From contig NW_020846216.1 of assembly GCF_003704095.1 (NCBI RefSeq), positions 1 through 64,000 of the forward strand: a DNA stretch of 64,000 nt, given 5' to 3'. Below the pieces are notes generated by a model that saw only the letters and a list, made by a program, of their open reading frames with translations, had not been told where the DNA came from and searched no databases. The position numbers and the translations under genes are program-made. Position 1 is the stretch's first letter; every line of letters starts with the position of its first letter. Shown piece after piece: positions 22,304 through 35,959 of this stretch. The DNA comes from Pocillopora damicornis. Its lineage: Eukaryota.

Positions 22304-25249
22304 TTATGTTAAAGGACAAATAACAGCAAATAATGTTCCTAAAGATCTTAAACTGACAATACGTCTTTGTCGTCTGTAGTATATTTTCCATGAGAAAGGT
22401 ACTCGGATGTTACAAAGCAAGAGAACACAAGCACATCCTAAGATGAAGATGAAAAAACTAACACTAAATGGCACTCCACCTGTTTTAGAACGCTAGAAAG
22501 GAACACAATGAAAAGAATGAATTAATGCCATTATCATTAATAATAACTATTCAACAGTTTAGAACAATAAACCATTTACATAGGCCACTGCAGGATACAA
22601 GTGTAAAAGTTTTGCTTGATCTTTTTCAATTTTTTTCCTTACCAAACAACAAATCAAACCATTTTATTACTATGTAACAAAGCTGTTTGATTTAAATCAA
22701 AGTTTTACTATGATGGTATATAAAAGTAGGAAAATGCACACTCTTCCGAGAACTAATCAGATTGCCAAATTCATTAACCTGCCCTGTTAGAAAAAAAATT
22801 CCTTTATCATATATCTTTATCTTGTCACTAACCTGTTGTTGAGCCATGATCAAAATCTGTGTTTGCTTCCAGTTATGTATAAAATTAAAGATGGTTGGAT
22901 ATAGTGGGTGAATAACCTCTAACTCAGCCTGCATGAAAGACAAAGATATAACCTGAGTTATATCATAAATACACACTTCCTCCCTATTAAGGTCAAAATC
23001 TAAAAATGTATATAACTAACCTTTAGATCCTCACTAGGTGGATTAAATGTGCTAAAACAGTTTTTGTCAGGAATATCAGATTTCATCTCTTTTCCTCCCC
23101 ACAGAGAAATTTTGTATGTAAATGGAATCTGACAAGAAAACATAAGAAAACATTTTAAACAGGGTCTCCCTATTTCTCAACCAGATGAAGAAAATATTTA
23201 ATAATAAATAATAATAACAACAATAATACTGAATTTATATGGCACTATTTCTTGTAGCTCTATAGCACTAAATTCAAAATATATCTCCCAACTTCATTTC
23301 TTACTAATGATCATTTTTGATTTTTCTAAAATGTATTTTTTGTCTAGTGATCTCCCACCCTCCTCTTATTCCAGAATTACCCACAAACTATGTTTTACCA
23401 AGGGAGAAATTTTCTCACAGGTCTCATGCTTTCAATATCTCACACAGAGTTGTGACATTTCTCATATTGCAAACAAATCTGACTCACAGAAAATGATCTT
23501 ATTGCTCAAACTGTTAACAAAAAATCAAAGTTATAGAATAGAATTTTTCACCTTCCTCTCTTGGTTTGCATAAGTGAAAATGCCCGCATCAAATAAAGAG
23601 GTATTTGCAGGAACAAGCTTGAAGCCTGACTTCAAAGAGGAGGACATGAGAGATGCCAAGTAGAGGACATCAACACCAGAACCTTTGGAATTTTCATCTG
23701 TTGAGATAGATTTACATTCACTTCAATAATTAAAATTAAACTTGTAAACTCCCTGAAGCAACTAACATGTAACCTCTCCCTATATATCTATACATAATTC
23801 AGAAAGTAATGAGAATTCTAAAACTCATCAGGTTCAAGTTGCCATCTTGACCTGACACCAAATTCTTTTAACTACTGTACAAGGAAATGTGACTAGATGT
23901 TAGAGGGGAGAATTAACAATCTGATCTTAAGGGTTGAGGGTTAAGTGATACCAGTAATACAGTGGGTGTATAACCCTTGCACACATGAGCAAAATTCTCA
24001 CAAAGTTATGCTAATTGCCTTCCTATGTAAAAAAATTTATACCCTGAATCTTAGGGAGAAAAGTAAGCTGCAATTTTCAATAAATTTGTTACTAATCTGC
24101 TGTTTAAGTTGAAGACCTACCTGATAATGGATAAAGAATTTGTCTACTTCCTGAATGGAATGAGAAGAAAGCATCAAAACTGTGTTTAGAGGTCAACTCT
24201 CTGAAAACTCTACATTCTGGTTCTGCTGAGGAATGAAAATTATATTTAGATTTGCAACCTCAAATGTAGTCAAGACAGCTTTTTAACAACATGCATTACA
24301 TAACTATGGTAATCAGAAAATTCCATGAATAAATTATTAATTTGACATCAACCAGCAATTCATCATTGACCGAATTTTCTCATTACAAAAGATATATTGG
24401 TCTAAAAAATCTTCATTTATACAATGTAAACACATTTTGTCAAGCTCAATACATCAGATGGCACCGTAAATAAATGAATAACAAAAGGAAACAAAAGATG
24501 CATCCTCTTTCATGGGGAGAATTAATTTTGATGTGATTTTATTCTCTCATTCAAAATTAATGTCCTGATTAGGTTCCAAAGAACACAAACACACAAAAAG
24601 AATCAACTGAACAGCACAAATAAGAGAAACCTGTAAACAAACCCGCTATAATTCTATATGTTCCTTTACTGGTGCGTCGAAGATTCGCTGTCAGATCGGT
24701 GTTCAGATCAACGCTGTTTGCAGTACCCATCCAACAATAGTTTCTAGTTCTTTCGACGATTGTGCGACCATCTGGATTCACGATGGTCAAGATGAAAAGA
24801 TCAAAATTGTTAAGCAAATATCGGGTAAACTTTGCTCCGTGAGTTTCTCGTAGTAAGTCATAACCCTGAGTTATATTTTCTATTAAGTGGAACATACTTT
24901 GAACGGGGAGGAATTCGGCGGCATGTTCGCCATAGGAAAATAAAATTCTGGATCTGTTGTCTGACTTGCTTTTAGAAACAGAGTCGAGAGAGAAGTTCGA
25001 GACTCGAACAACGAACTGAGTAAGTCCCATACGTGAACGGTAACGCATCTGTACGTCCAAAAATTCAGAATATTTCGAGGAAACATGATGAAGACACTGA
25101 TTCATCCTGGAAAGATTATGGTAGAAATCGTAGTTTGGAAGATACTCTTCCACTGATGGTCTTATATCAAAAATCATCCCTTTGGAAACACAAGTAACCA
25201 GAAAGAATGCCGCAACGATCAACCAGCTGGGAAAGTAAAGCAGGCTCAT
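22304..25249 (-). CDS. M14 zinc carboxypeptidase homologue with signal peptide and C-terminal TM helix; probably catalytically inactive
   Basis: Exons 25249-24643, 24225-24121, 23697-23552, 23128-23021, 22928-22833, 22492-22304. Motifs GEHAAE, VNPDGR, VDLN, EPE, SFHSG and CFSTFNP; hydrophobic tail VSFFIFILGCACVLLLC. Confidence 0.85.
23745..23944 (-). mobile_element. piggyBac-like MITE (family A, reverse orientation)
   Basis: Ends gagggttaa; internal gaggggagaattaacaatctgatctt is the reverse complement of the copies at 48241 and 49483. Confidence 0.7.
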
Positions 25250-26685
25250 TTCTTGAATGAAACTCCTTGTAACGTTTACAAATCATCTAGACCATGATGA
25301 TTAAACCTACACCGCTGATCTCGATCGTCGCAATGCCTGAGAGACAGATTTTACAGACAAATTTTAAAATTTAAGAGCTCAAAATGGTTCATAGCCCTTC
25401 ATAATTTTGTTTTCCATGGCGTTAACCGCTGGTTAAAGTAAACTCCAGCGGTTGTCACGAAAGAAGTGTCACAGAGGCGTTACACCAACAGTAACGCAGT
25501 CGATCAAGTGAACTACAAATTAGTCAAACATCAACACTTGACAAGAACGTTAAAAAATGAAATGATGCATTTCAACACTTCTCTCGCGTTTTTGTTTATT
25601 CACCCATACAAAAACGGAAGAGTAAGGTGTTTTAATTGTTTTGAATATCGGAAACGGGGCATACAACCAGTGCAACTCAAAAACATTGCTTCAGAATCGT
25701 CATTGTTGACAGAATCAGGATTAGACATTTAAGGTGACATTACCGTTGTAAGAAATCGAGAAAATGAAAAACTGTTCACAATTCGTTTATCATCTCGAGC
25801 AGAGAGGCACTGTGGCCTATAAGAAACCGACTTAAACTTAGTAAAGAGCACTAAAAAATTAAATATAAAACAAAAAAAAAGAGAAAAAAGAAATACAAAA
25901 GCAAAAAAAAAAACTAAAAACAAAAATAAAAAAAAAAGAAAAAATAACCTCCGAGTATTAATATCCAAATCAAAGACCAGTAAAACGCCTCTTTAACTCA
26001 TGAATACCAAGAACCTTAAGCCGAAAAAAATAAATGAAAACCGCAGTGGAAACCAACACCAAAGATTTTGAGTGTAGAAACTTAAAACCGATCTCACGAG
26101 CAGAACCGAAAACATAAAAACCCAATGGCTCCCTATCGTATGGAACCACTGACTACTACCCCATTTTTTTTATTACTGTCGGAATGTATAATTAAAATGA
26201 CCAATGACAAGCTCGCATACAACAAGAAAGATTGAATAAATTGAAAACAGTCTCATTAAGACAGAATGCACACCCATGTTATGACAGAATAAATTGTAAT
26301 ATTTGTTTATAAAAAAATTACAAGTATTCAGAGATAATGTCATGTCTAAATATGAAAAGCATACAAATTGTATGAATTGGCATAACCATTTTCCCTATAC
26401 ATAATTTTTTTTTATTTTGCTTTCTTAATTTACAAATTCCTGCATATTTGTTTCAGCGATGAAAAAAAATTTGCTATACGATGCTTAGCGCGCAGCGCAA
26501 TGTTTCAAATAATGTTCCCCAATATAATACATTATTTCTTATGAATTAAAAATTCGACAACCAGGCCTCGGTAATTGTTTTCCTGTCTTTGAATGTTTTA
26601 TACATAGAAATAATTTATTACAAGCTTCAGCTAGTGCAACTTTTCTGTACGGAAGAGATAGAACCAGCGGGACAGTCCGAGGTCT

Positions 26686-28941
26686 TTACTGCAGCGCATA
26701 ACGAGCTGTTACCTTGCCACATTCGTTTCGTTCTTCATAACAGTGTCTTTTGTTGTTGCCCTTTTGAAGTACATTCTTCAAATCTGTGAAAAATAGCCTA
26801 ACATGAGATTTGCAAATATTTGTTAAGACCAACAAAGAATGGGGAAAGGGGAGGACCAGTCAAAGCTGGGATGGGTTCTGGGGTTTTTCGGAGCATTCAA
26901 GTCATCACTGAAACTACGGAACATGTTGAGGGTCAAATAACACCCCTTTTCACGCCCTGACTGGTTTTCGACCAAGTTTGCAAAGTTTACAAGATGGTAC
27001 CCCATCCCTCCCCGGACTGTTTAGATGTATGCTCGAAAATATTAACTGTTATTTCATACTTAGGCATCTTTAAAAATAGTTGACTGGCACCATAGAAAAT
27101 AATTTCCATTAAGTGTATGCCATAAAAAAATTAGAGATAGTGACTGTAAACACAGCAAGAAAATGAAACTCGCTATGACAACCAAACGGTCACCCACAGT
27201 TTCGCAAGTTACCACATGTACCTTGCATGTTGAAACTTGAATTGAAAGTCTCGTCTTCCGATGACGATTGCGACGAACAACTGTAATAGTCAGATGTCAC
27301 CATGGGTGAATTACCCTTGCTGCTTGGGTCATGGCATTTAGAGCATTGAAAAGGGGCAGTTCCAGGACCCCTTGGACTTGCACACTCGTTACTTGTGTCC
27401 TTCATGTAATCTCTCCACGCTCCTCCGTGATGATTTCGTCTTTTACGTTGCCAAATAGGGTGGTCGGACACTATAGACATGATCTTAAGGAAAAAAAAAT
27501 ATTTTGTTATTATCTTCCGTTTCGTGTGAGTTTTTACAAATGCAAGATATGATACAATACAAACAAATTAAGGAAATTGGATGTATCAATAGTAAGATAT
27601 TATGGAAAAGGCTAGAGAGCGCCTTATTGGACGTAATAACCTCAACCGTGAATGCGAGGCTATTTTGCTGAAACTTAAAACTGGTCGTAGTCTGCAAGAC
27701 AAGGTCGGCTGAAGGGAGTGCATTCGTATCACGAAACCTTACAGCTGCTTTCATTGTGACAAACACCTTTGCGAGGAAGGGGACTTCCAATGAACAAACA
27801 TTCACCTCCATAATAAGTGCGCCTCTTGCATAGTCCTTTTTTTACAATCAAATTTTATGTTAAATCTAGTTATGCGATGGTCTTTTTATGCTCCTTACGA
27901 TGAAAATTACCTCATCACAAGTTAATCTACTGACTAGAGCACGATATCCAATCTTTCGCCAAAACATGTCCCTCTTTTGAAGGAAGCTAGGGTACATATC
28001 TCGCCAGTTCTTTCCCAAAGCCCACGGGAATATGTCGTACTTTTCTTCTTCTTCGTCTTCTTCCATATCGTTTGCTAAGTATCTATACAAAAAGAGACTT
28101 CTTTCAAAAGCGAGTGGTAGAAAGGAAACGTAAATAGCTTGTTTAATTTTGAATAACCATCTACTCACAGAGCTATGAAGAAATTCATTCTGTTAAATTC
28201 TCGACGAGCGAGTTCCGCTCTCCTGAAATAGGTGTAAACCATTGCCAGAAGATACTGAAAGAGGAAAGTTGAAGATAATTTAAGAATTTGAAATTTGTGT
28301 TAAAATAGGAAGCTACCTCTCCCCACTTTATTTTACCTTGTCTGATATTATTGCACAACTTTATTTTACCTTGTCTGATATTATTGCACAACTGTCCATC
28401 CACAAAAAATCTTGAATGACATCATCATCTGTATTATTGACGAAAAAATTAATAAAGTATCTTGCATTTGTAACCTAGTAAATGTACAAAATGGTTGAGT
28501 AATGTATGTGAAGGGGACTATCAAAAATTGCAGGACAAAATAAAAAAGTATATCGAAAAGTGTAGTGAACTCGATCTTGATAAACTCACCAAGAAGCTTA
28601 AAAAAGGCTGCCATATATGAATTCCGTCCGCAATATCCAGTGTACAACTGATTAACCCTCAGTTTCTTGCACAAACGCTGCCTCTCAGCTGGTGAATTCT
28701 CGCATTCACTGAAAGCTCTCCTTCGCTTGAGTACTACAGCCTCGGGCTTTGCTGTTGCAATTTTTTCAGTTCGTGGATGCTTGTATTTCGCGATCTCTGA
28801 ATCAGCTTCAAAGCTCCCGATCTGGCGATATTTGGTGGAAATATGACCTCCCATCGTCTGGTATTTCTGAAGTTCTTCTTCTGATTCCCTTTCGACTTGT
28901 TTTGGCTTTTTCTCAGGACATGGAAAGCGATTTTTTCGCAT
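26686..28941 (-). CDS. SPDYA: Speedy/RINGO CDK activator
   Basis: Exons 28941-28590, 28428-28370, 28254-28169, 28082-27911, 27483-27222, 26783-26686 (last exon less certain). Speedy box: [67 protein letters not shown]. Confidence 0.93.
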
Positions 28942-29111
28942 AATTATACTAAAATTAAAAGAATAGCAACTGCGCTCATAAATCAGCGCAAGCAAGTTGC
29001 GTGCGAAACGACGAGTGTTTCCCGCCTATTTTATAATTCCCGCGGTGCGCGCGAGGAAGATAAACTTGGATACAGAATAATCACCATATATGATGTACCT
29101 ACTAATCCAAC
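28942..29111. promoter_or_regulatory. 170 bp bidirectional promoter between SPDYA and NRDE2, with E2F-like sites
   Basis: TTTCCCGC at 29018-29025 and TTCCCGCG at 29037-29044; CpG-rich relative to the flanks. Confidence 0.55.
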
Positions 29112-32100
29112 ATGGCGGATGATAGTGAGTTGACTTCAACGCTCACATACCCTACAAAAAAGACTTTATTTCCAATACAACGATCTGAACTAAATTCAGA
29201 TGGGGCTTCCCATGGCCTCCTTTTCCCTTGTGTTTCAGGGAAAGAAGTAGCTGAAGATGGTGTCAAAGGTGGGTCGAATGCATGTACGCTAGAGAAAAGC
29301 TGCTATTTCGCGTATCTGAAAGAAAAACTGGCTGCAGGAAATTTTCAAAAATGGACCTATATAAAGAACACACACCATATGTTCGTGTATCCTGTGTCTC
29401 TATAAATGAAGGATAATGATAAAACGCAAACAATATTAACTGTATTTTTTCTGCAGGTGTAAATCAACCAAATTGGCTTCGAAATGAAAGCTACAAAGCC
29501 GTCATTGAGCATCGAAATACTTTTACGGAGCAACATGAGCCTGCAGACCAAGGGGGCAAACGTGTACATTCAGACATTTCTAGTTCAGATGACGAAGGGG
29601 GACTCCATTCCAGCAAGGAAATAAAAGTAGAAGGTTCTGATATTGACCATAAAGAACGAAAGCACCACAAGGACAAGAGGAAACACAAACATAAAAAGAA
29701 ACGAAAACATAGACATGAAAAATCAGGGCCTAAAGAGTGTATTAATGAAGATGCAAGCAAACCTGATACAATTTGGATCGAAGAAGCTCAACTTGTCCCT
29801 GAGAAAGCCTTTAGACTTCACAAAAAACCTGATATGGCCAATCGAATGTATGACACACTCTATAGGTTAGATATTGCTTTGTATAAATTGAAGTCAAATG
29901 CGACTTGTCTTGGTCTTGGTAAACATCAAGTTGTTGAGCTGTCTGTAAAGAAAGGTAAGAAAAAGAGGAAGCGGGATCAGATGGTAAGATATTGGAGTAT
30001 AAAGGACTTCCAGGTACCAGAGAACACTGACAACATTTCTGTGATGTTGCAAAGTGCTGTGGATATGTCAAGCCAGAGAGTTGACTTGGGTGATGGTAGA
30101 AGTTATATATCCCTCAAGTTACCTGGTGAAGGTGATGTAAGCCAAAGGGAAAGCAGTCACACTTCTTCACAAGAGGCATCAGTGGCTGATAGAGATTCTA
30201 GAGAATCTGAAGTCTTGCAAAAGACTGGAGAACTAAACAAGATCTTGCGTGACAAACCACATGACATTCAAACATGGCTATCTCTTGTTGATCTTCAAGA
30301 AGAGGTTGTAAGACAAGAAGACTCAGTAAAATCAAGTTTCACAGCAACTGGTAGAGAAAGGAGAAAAGCTTCCACTAGAACCATAATTGAAAAGAAAATT
30401 GCTGTCCTTGAAAAAGCTTTGCAAAAAAATCCAAACTCAGTTGAACTGATAGTTGGTCATTTAAATCTGTGTAACGAGATCTTGGATACTGAGGAATTGG
30501 TTCAGAAATGGAAGAAAGTCAGTTTTGTTCACCCAAACAATACTCTGTTATGGAAAAACTATATACTTTTTATGCAATCCAGATTCTCAGTGTTCTCATT
30601 TAGTAAGACAGCAGCAGTGTATGGTAAATGTTTAAGTACATTGTCATCTATAAAGGAGGGAACTTTTGCATCACACCAGGCTGAAGGTGACTTGGAGAGT
30701 GAAATGGTGGACTTGTTTATCAGGGAATGCCAATTTACAAAGCAGTCAGGTAAGCAGGTTAAATGGCTACAGTATAGACTTGAAAAATGGAGCTCCATAT
30801 CTTTCTTTTTGTTAACCCTTAATAAATCCTAGAAGTGATTAACTAGTAACTTCTCCCTACAATGTCCATACATTATCCAGCAAATGGGTAAAGAGAAAAC
30901 TCAAACTTATTAGGAAGAAGTTGTTATCTTGATTTAACACTAAATTCTTGTAACTGGTGTAAAAGGAAATTTATAGAAGCTAGAGGGGAGAATTAACAAA
31001 CAGATTTTGCACCCAAGGAAATGTATAGAGAACAAGGTCCAGTTGTCCTAAAGGCCATAAGCACTAACTCAGGATTAAATTTGAATCCAGGTTTCTTTAT
31101 TTCTTCACTCAAATGCCTTTTTAGGACAATTTTCTCTATACTTTTTAGTGCAACCCATCATCAAATTGTAGACAAAAATAATTAAACTGAATCTTCTTTT
31201 TAAGTTTCCAGATCTGAAAACAGATTTCACACCAACCTTGGGTTATTGTAACCCAGCTTTGAACATCACAGCCCAGTATGAGAATATATATACTGATGTT
31301 AGGGTGTTAAGGGCTAACCCTATCCAATCTTGTAACAAATAAAAGTGATAAGATCAACCACAATTTACTTACAAGGCTTCTAAATACTTACATTCCTATT
31401 TTTCTTTGGAAGGACACATAGAAAAGGCTGTAGCCTGCCTGCAGGCCATGGTGGAACTGAATTGTTTTTGTTCACCAGAATTGGAAAGGAACACCCCCAT
31501 TACTGGGCAGATGGCGTTTTTGGAGACATTTTGGGACAGTGGACAGCCAAGGTGTAGTTTGTTTACTGAATCAATCTCAAATTTTCGCATTAAAATTGAC
31601 TGGCTTAGCTGTTCCTTCCTTGCTAAGGATTACATTAGTAAGGATTGTCCTTCAACATCAATCTATTTTTATCAAGGTCTACAAGTTTTCAAAATTGTAT
31701 CAACTGTTCTGAGAGGATATATTAACAAAAACTCCTTGAGATTATGCTCATTAATTTTGAATTAACAGTTTGACCTGAGCCACTTCTCACTAGTGGTGAG
31801 CCTTAAAGAGGAGACTACATCTTGCCCAGCATTGCAACCTAAAATCGTTCTTATTTATGCAAGTTCTACAAACAAAACAATATTCTGAAAAGGTGCTTTG
31901 ACAAAGTCAAAAATTTTAGTCTTGAATTTAATTTCCAAAGAAAGTTGGTATTTTTTTCCAAGATCTCCAATTTGTTATTGATTTAAGCAGGAATTTTCTG
32001 TCAACCAATTGAATTTATTTTGTTTTTCCCAAGTAGTCATGTCTTAGAATTCAACTTGTGGGTTTCTGATTTTTCTTTTGTTTTTTTTCCTATTTAAATC

Positions 32101-35100
32101 TATTTTTTGAAATCCTTACCTTAGGTTTGGGGAAGATGGTGCAAGTGGTTGGAAGTCATGGTTGGCTCAAGGAAATAGCACTGATTCATCTAAAGTGACA
32201 TTTATTGATGTCAAGAAGACTTTCAGGGAAAGCTCTGGTAAAGCAGTAGATGAGAGTGATTCTCATAATGATAATGATGATGACTTCACCATTGATAAAG
32301 AGCAGCCTCTGTGGAGAAGTTGGCTTCAAATTGAATTAAACAGGCAAAGGAGACATTTGTGTCCATGGGAACCAGATAAGGAAGCAGGGGAAACAGAGGA
32401 GGACTGTGATGATGCTGAGAGACTTGTTTTGTTTGACGACTTTAGTTCAAGTTTGTTCAAAATTTCTGATCCTGGGAACAGGCTGAAGCTTGTGTTAACT
32501 TTCTTAAATCTGCTTGGAGTATTGGTACCTTGCATAACCTCATCAACAAACACTGATGTACATCAATTCTTGAACACTTCTATAGAGCACAAGTCACAAT
32601 TACTAGAAACTGGAAGACCTGCCATTTCTCATTGCCTTGGTTTGTGGCAGTCATGCTATTGGGATGAGGTCACCTTTACTAATACAAGTGACCTTCAGTG
32701 GCCATCTTCAGAGGCTTTGAATCTTATAAGGAACATCTTTGTACAAAGTTTGCCAGTATTTGAAGGGCCAACAAGGAGCTTCTTAATGGTATTGTGGCTC
32801 TGGTTTGAGTTTGGTCTAACTCAGAAAGAGCCATTGTCAAAACAAAGTAAAAAGAGGTACAAAGATGTCAGAAAATTGGCTAAGAGCCTTCTGAAACAAC
32901 CAGAAAGCAGGTTTGCTGATGAATTTTTAGAATATGATTTGTTTTTAAGGTAGTTTTAATAAAAGCTATATAACCATAAATGCCACTTTTGGTTAACTGC
33001 AGAAATGATCTGAAGCTGTGGCAAGCTTTTGCAGAGATAGAGTGGTTATCAGGCAACAAAGAAGAAGCCCGCAGAGTGTTTGACTCCACTCTTTTGATGG
33101 CAGGTGAAATGTTTCCTGAGGAACAGAGCAGAAGGATGGCTTTAGTACCTCTTGTCAGGTTTGACAAAACTGTTACATTTAAATAATGAAGCTATGTTTT
33201 TTCATTTTTCTGTGAAGTTTATTCAAACTTCTTTGTCATCCTTTTTTTTAGGTCCTATGTTGAGCTTGAAGTTGGCATCACATTGAACTCAAAAGAAGAC
33301 CAGTCAAGTGAAGGAAGCAAGAAAGCATTACAGATCTTGACCTCATTTGCAGAAGGAGCAAGGATCAAAATGTCTGCGTCTGATGTGTCAACTTCAGATC
33401 TATCTTCTGTTCAACTACTGAAAGCTCGCAGAATCTACCAGAAGTTGCGGCAAAACATCTTAGAAACAACTGGACCCCAAGGCAGCAATGAGTTATTGGC
33501 TGAGCAAAGTAAAGCCACAGGAAGTGATGTAGTGCATTTAGAAGCTTGCATCGCTTTGTTTGAGTACTTGAGCAGTGGTATCCAAAGTTTGTTATCCATG
33601 TGTAATGAATTCATTTCACTGATATCATGTGGTGTATCAAGCCCATCTGGTCTTAGAGAGATGGACATTGAACTCATCTTGACTTTTTATGTCAAATTGT
33701 TTAAATTTCACAGCAAATTGGGCCAAACTCTTCCACTGAAAGACATACGACACATTGCACTTTTTGGGCTGGAAAGGTTTCCGGATAACCCCAAGTTCTT
33801 GTCTTTTTACATTGAGAGAGAATCAAAGTCTATTCTCACTGGAGAATTAAGAAGGACACTTGACAGAACCACCTTAAAAGCTGAGACACCAGTGCCTTGG
33901 ATTTTTGCGCTGTATTATGAGCAATTGCGTGCAGAGTCCCTTGTCTCTGTCATGGAATGTACTGATTCACCCTCTCTAGGTGCTGCAGCTGTGACGTCCC
34001 TTCCAGTTACAGGTGTGGTTCATCGTCAGTATGCACTGTTTGAAAGAGCAGTGAGCAGTTCCTCTGGAAGACATTGTGTGGCTTTGTGGAGGATGTACAT
34101 GGAATTTGAGGCATGTAGAAACATCTGCAGCTACTGCTCTTTGTTTTATAAATTTTTTGTCAAATATTACAGTCAGATGACCAATTGTCCAAGTTTGATT
34201 TGTTCAGTGTAAGGGTGATTTTATTGAGTCTAACAGCAGATTTATTGATTGTTCCCAGGATCAGTAAAAGACAACATACAAAATCCTTTTGTTAGGTTGA
34301 GAATCAATAGCATTAAGATTGTGTTACTGACTTGTAGAATAATACTTTAAAAATATAATAACTTAAAAGTAATCTGTTGTAGTTTTGGCATAACCAGACA
34401 ATGATAGCTTGTTAAATGCAAACTCTTTAAAATTTCTTCTAGGCAAAACATCAAAAGGAGAAGGTAAAGTCAGTGTTCTATCAAGCCATACAGAACTGTC
34501 CCTGGGCTAAGGTAAATAAAACTAAGTCATGCAGTAACATTATTGAATAAATGTAGTATCTCTTATAATAATGTCCATGAAAAAATGATGGGCCTCTGAT
34601 TACCTGAAAACAAGGGCAAAGTTGTAACGCAAGTGCAAAGTTGTGACACTAGTGCAAATTACAAATAGCACATGTATGCTTTAAAAAAATTCACCTGTCT
34701 TGACTTCCTGTGATGTACACTATTAAAAAGAAATAACATGATTTCTCTTGCAATATAGTGTAATAAGCACTACGGGCTTGTGCAATTTTGTTGTCTTTGA
34801 AAATTTACTCATGCTTATTCACACCAAATTGCACTTGAAATCTTATAATTACCTAGTAAACTTAAAATAATCAAGTGTATGAATCACTCTCTCTGAGGCT
34901 CAGTGGGAGACACGGTGGCCTAGTGGTTGATGCACTGGACTCTGGGTCAAGAGGCCTGGGTTTGGGATGTGGCCAGGTATTTATGTTGTGTTCTTAGGGA
35001 AAACACACAACCCTTACAGTGTGGAATGCTGGTGGGTAATGTTTTGATGAACTGGCATCCCATCTAGGGAGGAGTGGTAATACTCCTACTCACTTCATGC

Positions 35101-35707
35101 TTAGGAAAATGGGATAAGTTCTAGCTGGATGGGCCTCATGACTCAAGTACAGACCAATTTTTTACCTATTTGGATTGCCACTCATTTTGTTATGTTACCT
35201 GTCTCCCCCTTCCAATCTTGTCAATTGCCAGTTTGTACCTAGTATTTCAAAACAAACATGTAGAAGGGCAAGGAAGGAACCAAGTGTCCCAACTTGTGAT
35301 CTGCACCTCACTTAGAAGGACACCTAACCATAGATCTGGAACTGGCTGGGGTTCAAATTGTCAATGCTTGTGATTCTTAATATCTTTTGTTATCATAATG
35401 ATTATATTTGTCTGTTGTAACTCTCCCAATACAGAAAAGCATAATATTTTTATTTCTTTTTTTTTATAACTGATCATCTAGTGTATGGGATTAGAATATG
35501 TGACTCAACACTGTGGATTTTACTTATGGAATATAATAAGAGACTTCAAAGGCAAGATTTGTATAAATTATCATTTTTCAGACTTTGTACATGGATGCCG
35601 CACAGCTTCTACCAGATGATTTGCAAGACATAGTTGATTTAATGGTTGAGAAGGAAATTAGAGTGCGTGCTCCACTCGAAGAGATTGAGCTCCTCATGCA
35701 AGAGTAA
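29112..35707 (+). CDS. NRDE2: Nuclear exosome regulator NRDE2
   Basis: Exons 29112-29268, 29457-30749, 31413-31551, 32125-32910, 33003-33158, 33252-34110, 34443-34511, 35582-35707. Motifs PHDIQTWL, GHIEKAVACLQAMVELN, FWDSGQPRFGEDGA.GW, DAERLVLFDD, VFYQAIQNCPWAK and EKEIRVRAP. Confidence 0.95.
31036..31275. mobile_element. Harbinger-like MITE remnant in NRDE2 intron 2, next to a family A MITE at ~30812-31010
   Basis: Starts ggtccagttgtcctaaagg, ends ctttgaacatcacagccc; same terminal type as the element at 62559. Confidence 0.55.
34905..35155 (+). mobile_element. tRNA-derived SINE (second family)
   Basis: A-box-like tggcctagtgg head; body tgttgtgttcttagggaaaacac..actggcatcccatctagggaggagt..tactccta..cttcatgct..gggataag. 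A more degraded relative lies at ~46690-46950. Confidence 0.7.
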
Positions 35708-35959
35708 TGTGGGATGGTTGAGGTACAATATCCTTACATTATCCAGCAAACAGATAATGAGAATACTCAAACGTATCTTGATCTAACACCAAATTCTGGT
35801 AACTAATTTTTAAGGCAATGTGTAGCAGCCAGTGGGGAGAGTTAACAGGTTAATACCTCCTTGGAAACAACAGTTTACTTCATGTGGCACAAGGGATTTT
35901 CATGAAAATGTTTAGCCCTGTTCCATAATTTGCTTACAGCAACAATTATTTTGAATTCA

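Noticed and set aside
25729-25968. Hydrophobic 79-aa ORF (FFLFFLFL...)
   Set aside because: Translation of a low-complexity A-rich tract.
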